Of a stretch of 64,000 nt of DNA, positions 49,820-62,767 are shown piece by piece; position 1 is the first letter of the stretch; each line of letters starts with the position of its first letter. The notes under the pieces are model-generated. The model saw only the letters and a program-made list of their open reading frames with translations. It was not told the origin of the DNA and ran no database searches. Origin of the DNA: Haplodiscus bocki (taxonomy: Eukaryota); NCBI GenBank assembly GCA_965655095.1, contig OZ296655.1:39990001-40054000 (forward strand), given 5' to 3'. A program made the position numbers and the translations under genes.

Positions 49820-50300
49820 AGTAGTTGTCAAATTGAAAACGTTTTGTCAACTTGAAAACGTAACATACTCTAGACCCATTGGAACCGTGTCAGAAGATCC
49901 CAAGGACGAAACTATAATCACGCCAGAATTGTGCAGCAGAGGAAAATCGGACCTCTTACCCTCACGCAGCATTACTACTCCAGCGAACCTTGCTGACTGC
50001 TCCCCAACAAAACAATGGACGTACATCCAGAATTTGCTTCATGGCTTTAAGAAACGATGGTCCAAGGAGTATGTGTCATCTCTACAAGCAAGAGGAAAAT
50101 GGAAAACCGAAAGGAAAAATCTCAAGCTCAGGGAAATTGTTTATGTAACAGACGAAAACGCCACACCCTTGCACTGGTCCATTGGACGTATAGTTCATCT
50201 TTACAGTGGACTCGCCAATTTTGTTCGGGTAGTAAAGACTACGACAGCCACTGGAACGTACTACAGGAGTCCATAAGCTGCGAAAATTACCATCGCTCTG
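49820..50300 (+). mobile_element. BEL/Pao integrase C-terminal (DUF5641-like) fragment from a second family
   Basis: SRPI..VSEDPKD..IITP...KRWSKEYVSSLQARGKW...WSIGRIVHLYSG..FVRVV. Confidence 0.85.
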
Positions 50301-50699
50301 GAGCTAATGATCAACATAGACTTCTGAAGACTTTGATTCACCCTTGCTAATCTCTTTCGATGCTTCAGATTTTGATACCAAAGGGACTGCTGTCACAGAC
50401 TTAATTTCTGACGTGATGAAATCAAGGCGGGCTGTATGTCTGGAATATTTTTTGACAATTTCTGTCTCCACAAAATACAGCGAACCACTTTGGCGCAAAC
50501 AAAGCCCAGTAGCCACCCGATACAGCCATCATAAAGCGTTGTTTTGATAAAGTTTTCATTGCCAAGTCGGGCTCCGAAGTTACAGCTTTTATTAATACAC
50601 GGGGAATTTCTTGTCCGTCGTGAAAGTTGTCCCTCACAAAAACTCAAAATAAGAACTACCTCAAATTTTTGGCTATGCGACAGCCTGGGACTATAATTG

Positions 50700-53600
50700 A
50701 TCCGACTGTACATCTTTGTGGCCCTTCTCGCCCTTTGATGTTCTACTACAGCCATATTACTAACAAGTTGTGCTCAGCTGAATGTGGTTTATCACACGCC
50801 TAATTTTTGTGATAAACTTAATGAATATTTTGATAATATTTATGAAATATGCGCACCAAAGCACAGCGAAAATCTGTGACAGACAATGAGAGCATCAACG
50901 ATGGGTCAATGCATCTCATTCAATGCACTGAGACTGGTCCAAACGGCAAACATTGTGATGCATGGACATCTATAAGGCGTACCGAGAACTTCATGGATCG
51001 CCCCTTTTCATGTGGTTTTTACTCTGCATCGGGGTTTAAAGAGTACAAAAAATCGCCACCATCAAATAACGCCGATATTACGAGTTCATTTTGTGCAGAT
51101 TCAAATGAACAGTATGGTCGACGTGACAACGTCTGCATTGCTGGGGTGGAGGAGATCATTGGAGTGGATGTATATGAGCGTGTGGTAGAGGTGGCAAACG
51201 ATATCTGAGTGACTATATCCAAACGAGATCAGTGTGCGTCATCGCCTGCACTCCGAAAACCTAGGATCACGTCCAATATTTGTAAAGTTTGTCTGACGTG
51301 AAATCAAATTTCGCGTTAGGAAACACAATAAAAACATATTTAAAAAGACTTATGATAATGACGATGTAACACTATTGAGGTCAAATTTAGCAGGAGCCCT
51401 TCGCCAGCGCCCGACGTAAAACATGTTAAAATGTTTAAGGAAAAAGTATTCTTAAAAATGTCCAAGGATAAGAGGCATATTTTTGATCTTTTGTTTGATT
51501 TACGTGATTGGGACATGAAATTTGTTGATTCTGTGTGTAACCAGTTTCGGCATTTTCGGTAGGAGTTTTTTCAAATAAAACGACGCCACCCACTTATTCT
51601 GTCAAAGGTAAGAAAAGTTTCAGCAAAGACAATGAAACCAGTCGAGAAGGCAATGATTGGACTTTTCACGTCAATATCCGTTCGTTTGGTAAGAACTTTG
51701 ATAACCTAGAGCTTTTTTGGAAGCTTTTCGCTTTAGTGAGCCTTCTTCTGTATGTTCATCATAAGCATGGATATGAAATGTAAAGGAACTTCAAGTGTTA
51801 CATTTGAACAATTACTTGCCTCTGATGTTTTAACCTGGGTTCAATAGAAATGACGGTGTAGTCGTTTATGTACATGAATCCATCAAGTACGAGGAGGCAT
51901 GCACTAAAGCAAACGTATGTCATAAAATCAAAAAGGCAACGAACAAGAACAAGCAATGTTTTGTTGTGGTTTGCATGTACATCTCTCCGTCCTTCAAACA
52001 TTCTTCAACGTCGAAAGAGCTTGAATTGTTACTAAATGATATTTCAATATTATATGGCTCCCCAGTTTTTATTGTCGGCGATATGAATATTGACTTTTTG
52101 AAAGGAAACCATTTTTTCGCAATTGTTCATTTTTATTGCAGTATAACGGATTGACGCAACTACTAGCAACTGCAACACGAATTACCATAAGTTCAGCAAG
52201 TCTGATCGATCAAATACTTCATAAATCATTCCTTTGACAGCCCCGTATGTAGTTTTTCTGATGCTGGTTTAAATGACCCCTGTGATACTTTTGCGAAGTT
52301 ACCATTATCTTGTCAAAAATTACGATGTTAGTGAAACTACATTCGAAGCTTTTCCTTCCGTTTATAATGAAAACCTAGGACCAGCTTAATGGAAATTACT
52401 TTCAATTGAACTAAAAATGCCCAATCACTACCATGACCTTGATAGGCATATTGAAGTGTTTTTAGAATCCATACAAAATAGTATTGAACTTTGTAGTTCT
52501 GTGAAACAATGCAAAAAAATGTACACCACGTGAGTTCAAAATTTAGGTTTAAAATGCATCAGTAAGAAAAGACAGGCATTGAAACGATTTAGAGAATTAC
52601 CAACTGCTATGAATAAAGCAAGCCTCCTAAAAATTTTTACTGTTGAAGAAGTTTTACTGTGAAAGAAGATGCAATCATTTTTCACATGCCTTTTCAAATT
52701 GTATGAACAAACCTAAAATTTCTATAAGACGTTTGATGAAATGACAGAAAAAAATCTCAAAGTTAATAATGAAAAAAAGACACCATATATTCCTTTACTG
52801 TTTTCGCGGATAAGTTCAACAAAAAATTGTTAATTCTGCAACTGCTGTTGACGGTCCATCCACAAAGGGTCTCAAGGAATGTAATTAAAATAGTGATTAT
52901 AAGGATTACAAAATGTTTGCCTTCCCAGCTAATATGAGTGAAGTTTTTACTACGGTAGGCAGTTTGAAAAACGCAAAAACCGTTGGAATTGATGGTGTCT
53001 CAACTAAAGTGCTTAAGATTTCGCTTCCGATGATTCGTTTTTGAATTTCTTCATCTATTTGTGTCACGCGTTGAGCTCCCAAATTGTCTAAGGGATGGAA
53101 AAGTATATCCTTCACAAAAGTCGGGTGACATAAGGAAAATCAAAAAGTTTAGTTCGATTTCAATATCACCAGCTATTAGTAAATTGTTTGAGATATTCTT
53201 GTGTGACAATTATGCTCATTTTTCTAGAAGAAGAATTGTTTCATTCGAAGCATTTTGGTTTTCGTAGTAAACGAAGTACTATCAACGCTCTTGCTGAAAC
53301 TGTGGAACAAATTAGGCTTGCTCTAAATATCGATAAAGGTCAAGCTTTGACCTTCTTACAAAATCAGAGCGAGGAGATTTTTCTGATCAAACTCCATCAT
53401 TGAGTGAACTATTTGTGTGAAGTATCTTAGCATTTCAGATGATAAACATTTGAACTTCAATTTCCTTTTTGCTCAGGTAGTTAAAAAACCGTTGAAACTT
53501 TAAGCATTTATATCACAATTGAGACACTATGTTAGAAAGCCTGTGCTTCTTCAGCACTATAATTCTTTTATTAAATTGGTTATTGGATATGGTCTCTTAA

Positions 53601-54200
53601 TTTATGGCTGTACTTCTAAGAGCAGATTGAAACCTAGTTTTAGTTCAAAAGAAAAGTTATCAAGACAACTTTGCTTTAAAGCTCGTTAATATCCATCTGC
53701 AGAACTTTTTATGGAACTAACTGTGTTAAATGTATAAGACTATTATACCTTTGAGATTCCTTTTTTTTTTCTCAAATCAGTTTGCAGTGTTTTCCCAACT
53801 GAAAATCTTAACATGTTTAATGACCGCAAAGTGTCTAATGTTCAAAGCAGAGAAGCTCGACTTAACCTATTTTTCCTGCCAATAGAATGTTGTTCTGTTA
53901 GTCGTAAGTCTCTGCGTTACAGAGGTGCAAAGCTGTTCAGTCACCTAATAGAAAGAGGTTTGAGTACCGTTGATTTTTCGATAAGAATCAAGCGTGAAAC
54001 TTTGAAACACATGCAACATGTAATAGTAAAAGATCAAATAACAAATAGATTTTTTCAATGTGGTTGCTCATCATGTGCTGTGACTTTAATCGGATCCTGA
54101 TTCCAAACTTTGGAGGGTCCCATCTAATGGTGCTATTTATATTATATATCTACATTTACTCACTTTTATTTATATAATTTTAATCTTGTATAAATGTATT
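50700..54200 (+). mobile_element. Decayed CR1/L2-type LINE (ORF1 plus APE-RT ORF2, RT core partly deleted)
   Basis: ORF1: PHD-like IQC..HCDAW..FSCG and EQYGRRDNVCIAGVEE. APE: FHVNIRS, FIVGDMNID, SLIDQI. RT: KTVGIDGV, SISISPAISKLFE, FGFRSKRSTINAL. Post-RT YNSFIK..IGYGLLIYG. Confidence 0.88.
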
Positions 54201-54329
54201 GGTTTTAAATTGGTTCTCATCAGAGAAAATAAATTCTTCTTCTTGAGTTCTTATTTTTATGCTTACATTAATTCAATGCAAGCTGCTTTTCCAGGAATCA
54301 GAGTCGAGTTGCCGATTTATCTAAGCTTC

Positions 54330-54980
54330 CGGCTGCATGCATTCCTCATAACCGGTGTTGACAACGTAAGAGAGCATAGCCGTAGTCTGAGAGTTGACTT
54401 TATCGGAGAGAGTCATCACAGCATGTGCTACCCCCAAGTAAAAACAACGCTCTCACTGGGACCTTGAATTGCCCATTACACGTGCTTCAGCCGCTTCCAT
54501 CTTTCCTCCAGCAACTTCATAAGGTCCTACAGGCGTCCCCTGTTATGGCATAGCTCATGGGCGAGTTCGGTTTTTGTGCAGACCACCCACAACTTCCATG
54601 CTGAGACAAGCGCTGTGACTGATGGGGGCGCTGGTTCGAAGTCCACGTGACACAGCGTCCATGTTCTTTTGACCACCACAAACAGACACGCCTCATACAG
54701 CTCACAGTTACGTTGGGACTCAATTCGTATAGTTACCAAGGCTTTGCTTTCAGCCCTCGACTTCTCCTAGTACTTCAGCTAGCAATGCTCAAAACGTGCA
54801 TTGATGAAATCCTTGTCCGTTTTCACTGGAAAGTTGCCAGGATCCACCTTCTTCTTGCGCGTCTTCTCAATTACTGTGTAGGAAACGGGAGGCCGACGCC
54901 AGTGCTTGTCCACAACTTCACTGATTCGTTTCGCGCACGACCATAAAAGAGGACTTATCCAGCCCACCTCCCGAGTCACT
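54330..54980 (-). pseudogene. JmjC (Fe/2-oxoglutarate dioxygenase) domain relic, intronless
   Basis: CLFVVVKRTWTLCHVDF (HxD at 54641-54649) ...ALVSAWKLWVV... WAIQGPSESVVF, then a frameshift, then LGVAHAVMTLSD (distal His ~54424). ORFs 54779..54979 and 54527..54739 share one frame, separated by stops. Confidence 0.7.
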
Positions 54981-55399
54981 TACACTTGTCTCCATTATTG
55001 GGGTTAGCTACTCAGATTGTGTAATAGGGATCACAATCCGATCCACAATTCATTGTTGTCCCTCTGAAAAGAAACATACATGGAATTGACGTCAGAAGTG
55101 GATCCCAGAACCTAGAAAAACCACATTCAAGTTTAATCAAGTTTGCGGACGTACTCCATTTTTTGCAGATATGATGTTTCCGTCTCTCAAAGTTTGGATT
55201 TTGGCGTTGTCTTTATAGTTAATTGTGGTCATCATGTTTTTGGAGTTTGGGTAGCTAAAACTCCGCGAGGATTCCGTCAGAGCTGCTTTCTATCACTTCT
55301 GAAAATGTTTGGCTATTTTGGATTTTGGACTGATTTTGCCTTTCCATCAAATCGAGCAGTGTAAATCGATACTTTAAATAGTGAACAGAAGTAATATCA

Positions 55400-56800
55400 C
55401 ATAAAAAAGTAATGAAGAAAAGCCTCCTGGGAGTTTGATTGGGCCCTTTTTGGACTTCCTTGACAATTTTTACTGGTCTGTGGTACTATTTTCCTTATAA
55501 CACAATCCCAAGACTTGGACCTTTTTCAGTCAACCAATCAAATTGTGCCAACTGTACCTATCAGTATTTGTTACACTATAATGTTTTTTTTGTTGCCCCT
55601 CATGAAAGATTCTTTGAATTCGACAACTACAGTCAGTTGTAGTAAATATAAAAAACTTCTATTGTTGTACTTCGAGCATTCCGAATGGTCCGCCAAAGTA
55701 CGACCTTACTAGATTACTATAAATCGACCTAATCTTTGAATCGAGAATCGGCATGTACAAAAGATATATGACAATCATCAACTTCCGCCTAAACTCAAAT
55801 TTTCAATACATGCCTCATCGTAGTTGGCGGTGTAACTAACACTCAAAAAATTCTAGCATCTTAGATTGCTCTATATTCAATTAGGTACAGTTAGCACCTC
55901 TTCCAGAGACTTGGCTGTCTTGATTAGGATGATAGATTACTTAGTAATAATTTTTTTTAATAGTACATGCAACAGACTACTCGGTCTACTTGATAGCTGT
56001 GTCTTTTTGCGGACGGTAACTCAAGTAAAGCTCAGACTGTTGCACCGGCTCAATAAGAGTTTACAAATTCAGTATAGTTCCGTACACTCAAGCAGTGACA
56101 AAAAACTTTGCATCTGTTCAAGCGTCCATTTGGTATTTCCTCCATTGTTCTGCCTGACTTCTTTCAAGTCCTGCCCTCCACACCCATTCTTTCATCATGG
56201 ACCATTGGACTAAGTATATTAACACCCAGCTACTCCTCATGCATACTGTTTGATCTCAATGACTCAAAAACCGATTGACACAATTTATCAAGTAGAAATA
56301 GATATTAGCCTGAATGTCCGGACAACTTCTGCAATCAAAATCGGTTTCCCAAGGTTTTTGGAGTGACGCTAGTAGCTGGAAACGGTATGAAAAGTGTCTG
56401 CAATAATGTTGATCCAGACATTACTTAAATCAATATAGACAGTATTCTCAGTCTCACTGATCGCTGTCTTTTGCATTTTCCTGTTGAAGTGGAAGAAGTT
56501 GAAGAATATTTTGTTCCTGGTCTGATAATCCACCCTGTTTCAAAATCTTTTTTTTCTAAATAATAATATGGCCCAGCGTTTCTTCAATCAATTGTTGCTT
56601 TTTTGGATTGTTATGATTCATTTTTTTGATTTTACGCGAAGAACTTCGAGAATGGGCCATTTTTTACAAAATATTTCCACTGAAATTGCTCTACCTCGTT
56701 ATTTTTCATATTTGTATTATGAGGAAGATCATCTACTCAAAGCGAAAGTTTTTTAACGCTGACTTTCCAATTGATAACATCTGACTTTTGACGCTAATGT
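55400..56800 (-). mobile_element. Very old LINE RT remnant (tentative)
   Basis: ~56400-56550 reads (Q)G.IRPGTKIFFNFF...TVYIDLSNVW, resembling the Q-x-G-F-R...D-x-x-K-A-F-D block. Confidence 0.33.
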
Positions 56801-59800
56801 CCGGACGGTTGTGACCTTGAAACCTTTTTAACACTAAATTACAATATTTTTTCCGTAGCATGCGACTGAAATAGTAAGATTTCTCAAATCGTACAAACTT
56901 TGATTTTTGTTTGAAAAATAGACGAATTTCTCCGATTAAAAATTGATAATTTATTCAAAATAGCAAAAGGTGGCAAATTTTCTGTAGAATGGGTATCAAA
57001 TGGCATTATTTCCTGAAAAAAATCTTTTCCACATTAACTGTCAGGTTTTTAAGGCGAAAAATTAGAAAGTTTTTAAATTTTGGCAATTTAGAAAATATGA
57101 CGAGGGGTAGTTTTTGAAACAAACGCTTTAATTCTATTAAAAATTCGTTTTTACCAAAATTGGAAGCTGGAAATTATGCCAATGGTAGCCGGCCGTCTTG
57201 TTGTTTGTGTGCTCGAGTGAATTTGTCTTAATGAACGACACAAATCGTTGCTCATATAACTCGTGTAAATACTCTTTCGGTTGAAAAAAGTTCGGTTGGT
57301 TATCTGTCCCGAAAATATATGGCCTTTCTTCTCGGTTTATATGCTTCAATATTCGAGTCCCACAAGGGGCCTCTTTTTGAAGTAAAGATTCAGGTATGTA
57401 CTTTAAGGTGGATTTTGATTTCCGCAAACAAACTAAGTCAGAAGTTTTTCAAAATATCCATGAATCTTCCCCCAAAAATAAGTTTACTAAGTCACTCCAT
57501 CTTGATTTATCGCAAAACTTATCTAAAAGTAACAAACAACAGAATCAAAGTCGTGCTTTTCTAACGACGGAAATACTTCAACTGAAATGACATCAGCTAT
57601 CAAAGCTTTATGCCCAACCATCGAGAAGAATTGTTATGATTATTATTGTTATTAAGCATGATTTTGGCACAAATTTTCGAAAAAACCAGTTTCAACTGAT
57701 GAGAACAATGATTTCGAGTATGTACGAGTTTGAGATGATCAGATTTCACTGTGGGAATTGTTATATCCACTAAAAGTACAAGTGATGCAGATACTCTATT
57801 TTCATTTCCCGCTTTCATTGTATACCGTGCAGTGGCACAGCAAATGACGCAAAACCAGTGTGCGAAACATTTAACCAGTCAATCTATTTTAGCGAAAAAA
57901 ATACTTGGGCAAAAAAATTGTTTCAATTGGCTGAATGTTAAATGCGTTCTATTCTATATAAAGTAATTAAAATGTACTCTACAGAAGTTAATACCATCGA
58001 AAATTAGTACCAATGGCGTCAACTAGAGTATCCAAATTAAAAGAGACCGATGCTTAGGATCTTGGTAGACTTGCCATGATCGTGCATGATTATGATTGCT
58101 TTTTCAAGATGCATGCGAAAATAAAGGTTCAAAACTTATTTACAGGATTCAAAAACAAAGAAATTAAAAGAAGTATTGTTTTTGAAAAACCTGTCTTCCA
58201 AGTAGATGTCACTACAAGACCTTAGAAAGACCTCTCTAAAGTGTTTTGAAGATGCTTGCATAAGATATATACTAGATTTAAGAAACTTAGTGGGACGTAC
58301 AAAAAAATCAAACTGGATAAACCTTTTATTTATCAAACGTCGGCGTTATTTCTTTATTTAGGAAAAAATTTCAATTCCCCGAGGAGACTGTTGAACCTTA
58401 AGAGTGCAAAAGTAATACCCAGAGTTTTCAACGAGTAAAATTTTGTTCAGTATTCACCTGGCAGTTTAGAAGTTGTTAAAAAAACCTTCAAAGTAGACCT
58501 GTTTATGCCAAGTAAAAGATGTTGTTTCGCTCTAAAAATGAATCAATTTCTACGTGTTTTTGAGGTGACTCATAATGTTGCCTCTAATATGCAACATGCA
58601 ATTAATATTGAAATTAAGCCGGTAAAGTTTAGAGCGGTAGCCTTCTCTAGTGAAGCAAAGCTGACTACAAACTTTTGAGGAATTTGAAAAAATAAGCACA
58701 ATTTTTTGAATGCATAAATTATGAAGTAACTAACCAAGAAAAATGATTTAATCTATAGATGCAATTGGGACGTTGTATGATGAAGAGAGAAGATCAGAAA
58801 TAATCAGGCGGATAAAGAAGAAAGATTTTTATTGCTGATTACGTTGGAATGGTATCTTCGGTTTTGATGACCAATGTAAAAAAGCATAGGGATTGGAGTA
58901 ATTGCCTAATTTGGCACCCAAGACAGCAGTGAGGCTCTTGTGCTAAAAAAGGCATTAACGACAGAAAACTGATCACCATTAACATTACAGCTTGGTTTTA
59001 GAAAATTTTAGCCCGCCGCTTGACCAGCATCAAGAGGGAGTTGATCACTTCCTAGCACAAAGCGAAACAGAATAATATCATGAGGGGCATTCAGGTGATA
59101 GGAATGATAATATTAAAAATATGGATACCTCGAAAATTGAATTGGGTATAGAGTGGAAAAAGAACTCAATATTGGATTGTAGAAATTTTTATGGCTAATA
59201 ACAAGTTTGATTCATAAAAATCACGATAATTCCAGTTTTGCATGGTTACCTATAGTCTCTAAAGATTGCTTACGTTGATCAAAGTGTTTTTCTGATATTT
59301 TTATAAACCCGTTTTAAATTGGAAAGAAACCCCTCGAAGCCTAGTGTAGGTTTGAGAAACTTTCGAAAGTCAAACAAGTTAGTATAATGCCGCTTTTTTT
59401 AGTGAAGAGCACTCATATGAACATACTTGACAAACGTAGACTAAACGAAGATATTGGGCTCAACGGTACAATTTAACGTTTCTTTTGAGCAGCAGGTTTT
59501 GATGTAAAGGCTTTTAAAGCAATTGCTTTAATTTTATTCAACAGTTAATTGAGATTTAGCTAGTTTTTTTGTTTTACCACAAAATGCAGTTGTTACAGAT
59601 ATCAATAGACATATCAAAATCCTGGTATTGAATCCCTATGAAAATTTAAATAAACATCATTATTCAGTAACTCAACCTTCATAAAACCGTTGTGTAATAT
59701 TAATACTTCAAAGAGAACAGAGAAGGAAAATTTTAGGTTTATAAAGGCATACCTTTCGATAAAAACCAGTGAAAAAACAATATGGTAATAAAAACACAGA

Positions 59801-60830
59801 TACAGATAATCAGAAGATTAATTGCAATGCTTGTGGAGGATATATGAAAAACTAGTCTTTTTGTTCATATGAAAGGAGCAGGCAGTAGTTTCTGTGATAA
59901 TTTACCAGTTCACCTCAATAAAAAGAACAATTTTTATCAGCAAAGTTTTAAATATGTGAGCTATTAATAACAGTCTATGCTCCATGGTAAAAATTATCAT
60001 TTGATGAAAAAACGAATACTGAGCAATATTGACTAACCAGATAGGATAACAAACACTGCATTTATATCACCTAAACAATATAACGTCGTGGAGGAGCTAC
60101 ACTCTCAAGACACATTCGTTGTCAAGCCATAGATTTTGCTCTTAGAAGAATGCAGAGATTTTGTTTTCGTTCTTGTTGACTTGTTAGACTCCTGCCAGAG
60201 AAAATAGAACCCTTCCGTTTACTCGCAGAAGACACGAAGATTTTGAAATGTTCAGTTTATCCTAACGCTACTTTGAAATATCACTGCTGAAACGTGGTAA
60301 AAGTAGCACAGATTATAAATTTAACACTGAATTTTTCTCGAATATTGCTACTATTGCTTCATCTAAACTTTTAGAACCCTCTTTCAAACTATTTTTGGTT
60401 AATAGTGCAGCAGTAATCCGTAACTAAGTCAATGGAATCTGATGGAAGAAAAAATACATCTCAATCTTCCTTTCAAGCTGCGTAGCTCCCCGTTTTACAG
60501 GAGGACCACGGGCTTCTACCTGTTTATCTTCGACAGCCCTAATAAACCTATGTCAATGAGGTTTTGTATCTACTTGGCCTCCAAAATAACCGACATCCAT
60601 TCACACTAAGACTAGCTGTTGTTTCAAAATCAAAGACAGTTCTAAAAGACATTGAATTATATAAAGCAAGAAAGATATGGATTCCTTCAGTCGAAAAAGT
60701 ACCATCAGCGAAGTCTACTTGTGAATCTATTTTTTTTAACATTCTGAGGACTATGAGAGTTGATTTTGCATTAACTGCCACAAATGAACTCTGAACTAAA
60801 TAGGCTTTTGTTTTCATCACTGTTGATCAG

Positions 60831-62767
60831 GGTTACATGTCATTTCGTCCTACGCCATTTCAACCGCTGCAATTTCAACCGCTGCAGTTTCAACCGTTCA
60901 CAATTTCAACCGCTTGCATTTTCGACCGCTTGCAAATTCAACCGCCACAAATTCGACCTATTTAATTAAGTTCAAGGTTATTCAAATTTTTTAAGACGTT
61001 CGAAAATAAGTAAAGTAAATATGGAATCAATTAAACGTCATCAATAAGACAGTGTTACGTAATTTCCAAAGGTCATATTGGACAAACTACCATATGTACC
61101 AAACTTGAAAATGATGTTTCTGAACATCATTAGGAAGAAATCAGATGCAATTAGCATCTCACTAGGACAACAAACTTGAAGGGACTTTGATTTCTTGTCA
61201 CCGGCTTTGAACATTTTTCTAAAGGATTAGCCAGCCCGTAGTCCAAATGTACTTCCGATCTCACAAGAGACAATGTCTCTTGGATTAAACTGTACAGCCA
61301 GTCATGTTAATGTTCTGAGACGCACTCCGGGAGGCTGCAAGGAGTTGTCAAGACAAAAAATCAAATATCTCTTCACCTAATGATTGTTTTTCTGCAAAAA
61401 AAAACAAAAACGGAATTTTATTCAGAAGACAAAAAAGAATAATTACAGAAAATAAAAACATACCAAAAATCTCTAAACGTTTTTTATCTAAATTTTGCTA
61501 CTGCTCTGAGATATGGCACAGCATTTTCGAACTCATAAGTGCTTCGGATATTTTGCATGTTTTTTTTTCGTATCGGGGGCGCTTGGAGCACAATAATCCG
61601 GCAGTTTCTGTAACATATATAAACTTCTGCATTTTCGAATCTTTTTCCAAGTTCCACTAAAATACGCCTGCAGTCCATAATGCCAGCCTTCTAAGCTATT
61701 TGTTGTCCGGGCTACCCCCTCTCCTGCTGCATCGTACTGGTTCCACATTTCGATTGGAAAAGTACATAAACACAAGGAGGAGCAAAACAGTTCAACTCTA
61801 CATGGATTGTGTAAATTTGATGAAAGATTTCTGGCGACAATTTAAAAGTTCCATCAACTAACCAAGTATTCGACAAATTCAGTAAATTTTTCATTGTTGC
61901 GTCTCCAAATCTTAGAATTCGCTCCTTATCATCTTTTCCACTGTCTTGTAGGAGGAAGGGAGCAAACTCATCAGGGACGTCAAAATGTTGATCAGTTGGG
62001 GCAGGTATTTGAAGACATATCGCTTTTTGTCGTTTTCGAGAGACTGCTCGCAACAGGTTGTCTTTTTTCGGCATTGCAAGCTGAACTGTATAATCATCCG
62101 AAATCTCGTATATTTCATTGGCAATTGCCACAGTTGGTGTCTAATATTGGGCTCTTCCTTTAATTTGGTTCACAACTTCTTTGGCTTTGCATTCGCCGTG
62201 GTCGCATTCGTGTTTATGGGTACCTTTTGTTTCGGTGACAGTTTCGTTTTTAGTTTTCAAGATTGCGGGACATTTAAGCTTATAATATTTTGTGCAACGG
62301 CAGTGGATACAGTTAATAGTTGATTGTTTCTGGTTGTATGAGTGGCCGTCGTGAAGTGTAATTTTTCCGCCTCGGTTTGATTCTATAATTTGAACTTGCA
62401 TTTTGGAACGTCTGATAGGTGCTGCTACGGGAATACTGAATGGCTCAAAATTTTCACACAATTTCGATTACGATTAGGTGCGAACTGTGTTAATTTCCTA
62501 GTATTGGTGTGTTAATTGCTGAATCCGGTAACTACGATGCTTTTATATTCAAACCATATTTCAATTATTACGTTTAAAAAGGATTAATCTTAGTTAAATT
62601 TTGTTACTGTAATTAATTGATTACTAGATAATTCAAGCGGTTGAAATGGCTCGCGGTTGAAATTGCACGCGGTTGAAATGGCACGCGGTTGAATGCGTGA
62701 ACGGTTGAAATTGCAGCGGTTGAAATTGCAGCGGTTGAAATGGCATAGGACGAAATGTCCTGACACC
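60831..62767 (-). mobile_element. Mutator/MULE DNA transposon, defective
   Basis: ~120-bp TIRs starting GG, built from 15-16-bp ATTTCAACCGCTGCA repeats; perfect 9-bp TSD GTTGATCAG (60822-60830 / 62768-62776). Confidence 0.96.
61484..62404 (-). pseudogene. FLYWCH-MULE transposase, frameshifted and internally deleted
   Basis: SNRGGK..LHDGHSY..HCRC...CPA...HKH (FLYWCH); WLVDGTFK..FHQIYTIH (first Asp); RTTNSLEGWH (Glu). The segment carrying the second Asp is missing between PPCVYVL and FPIEMWN. Confidence 0.9.

Noticed and set aside
57137-57590. Possible host exon(s) (96-aa minus ORF; GTATGT donor-like site near 57394)
   Set aside because: No recognisable domain and no consistent splice partner; cannot be supported.
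58750-60820. RTE-type LINE on the plus strand
   Set aside because: APE/RT resemblance was weak with no YADD or KAFD; Polinton-like peptides explain the region better, though a small LINE scrap near 58.9-59.3 kb is not excluded.
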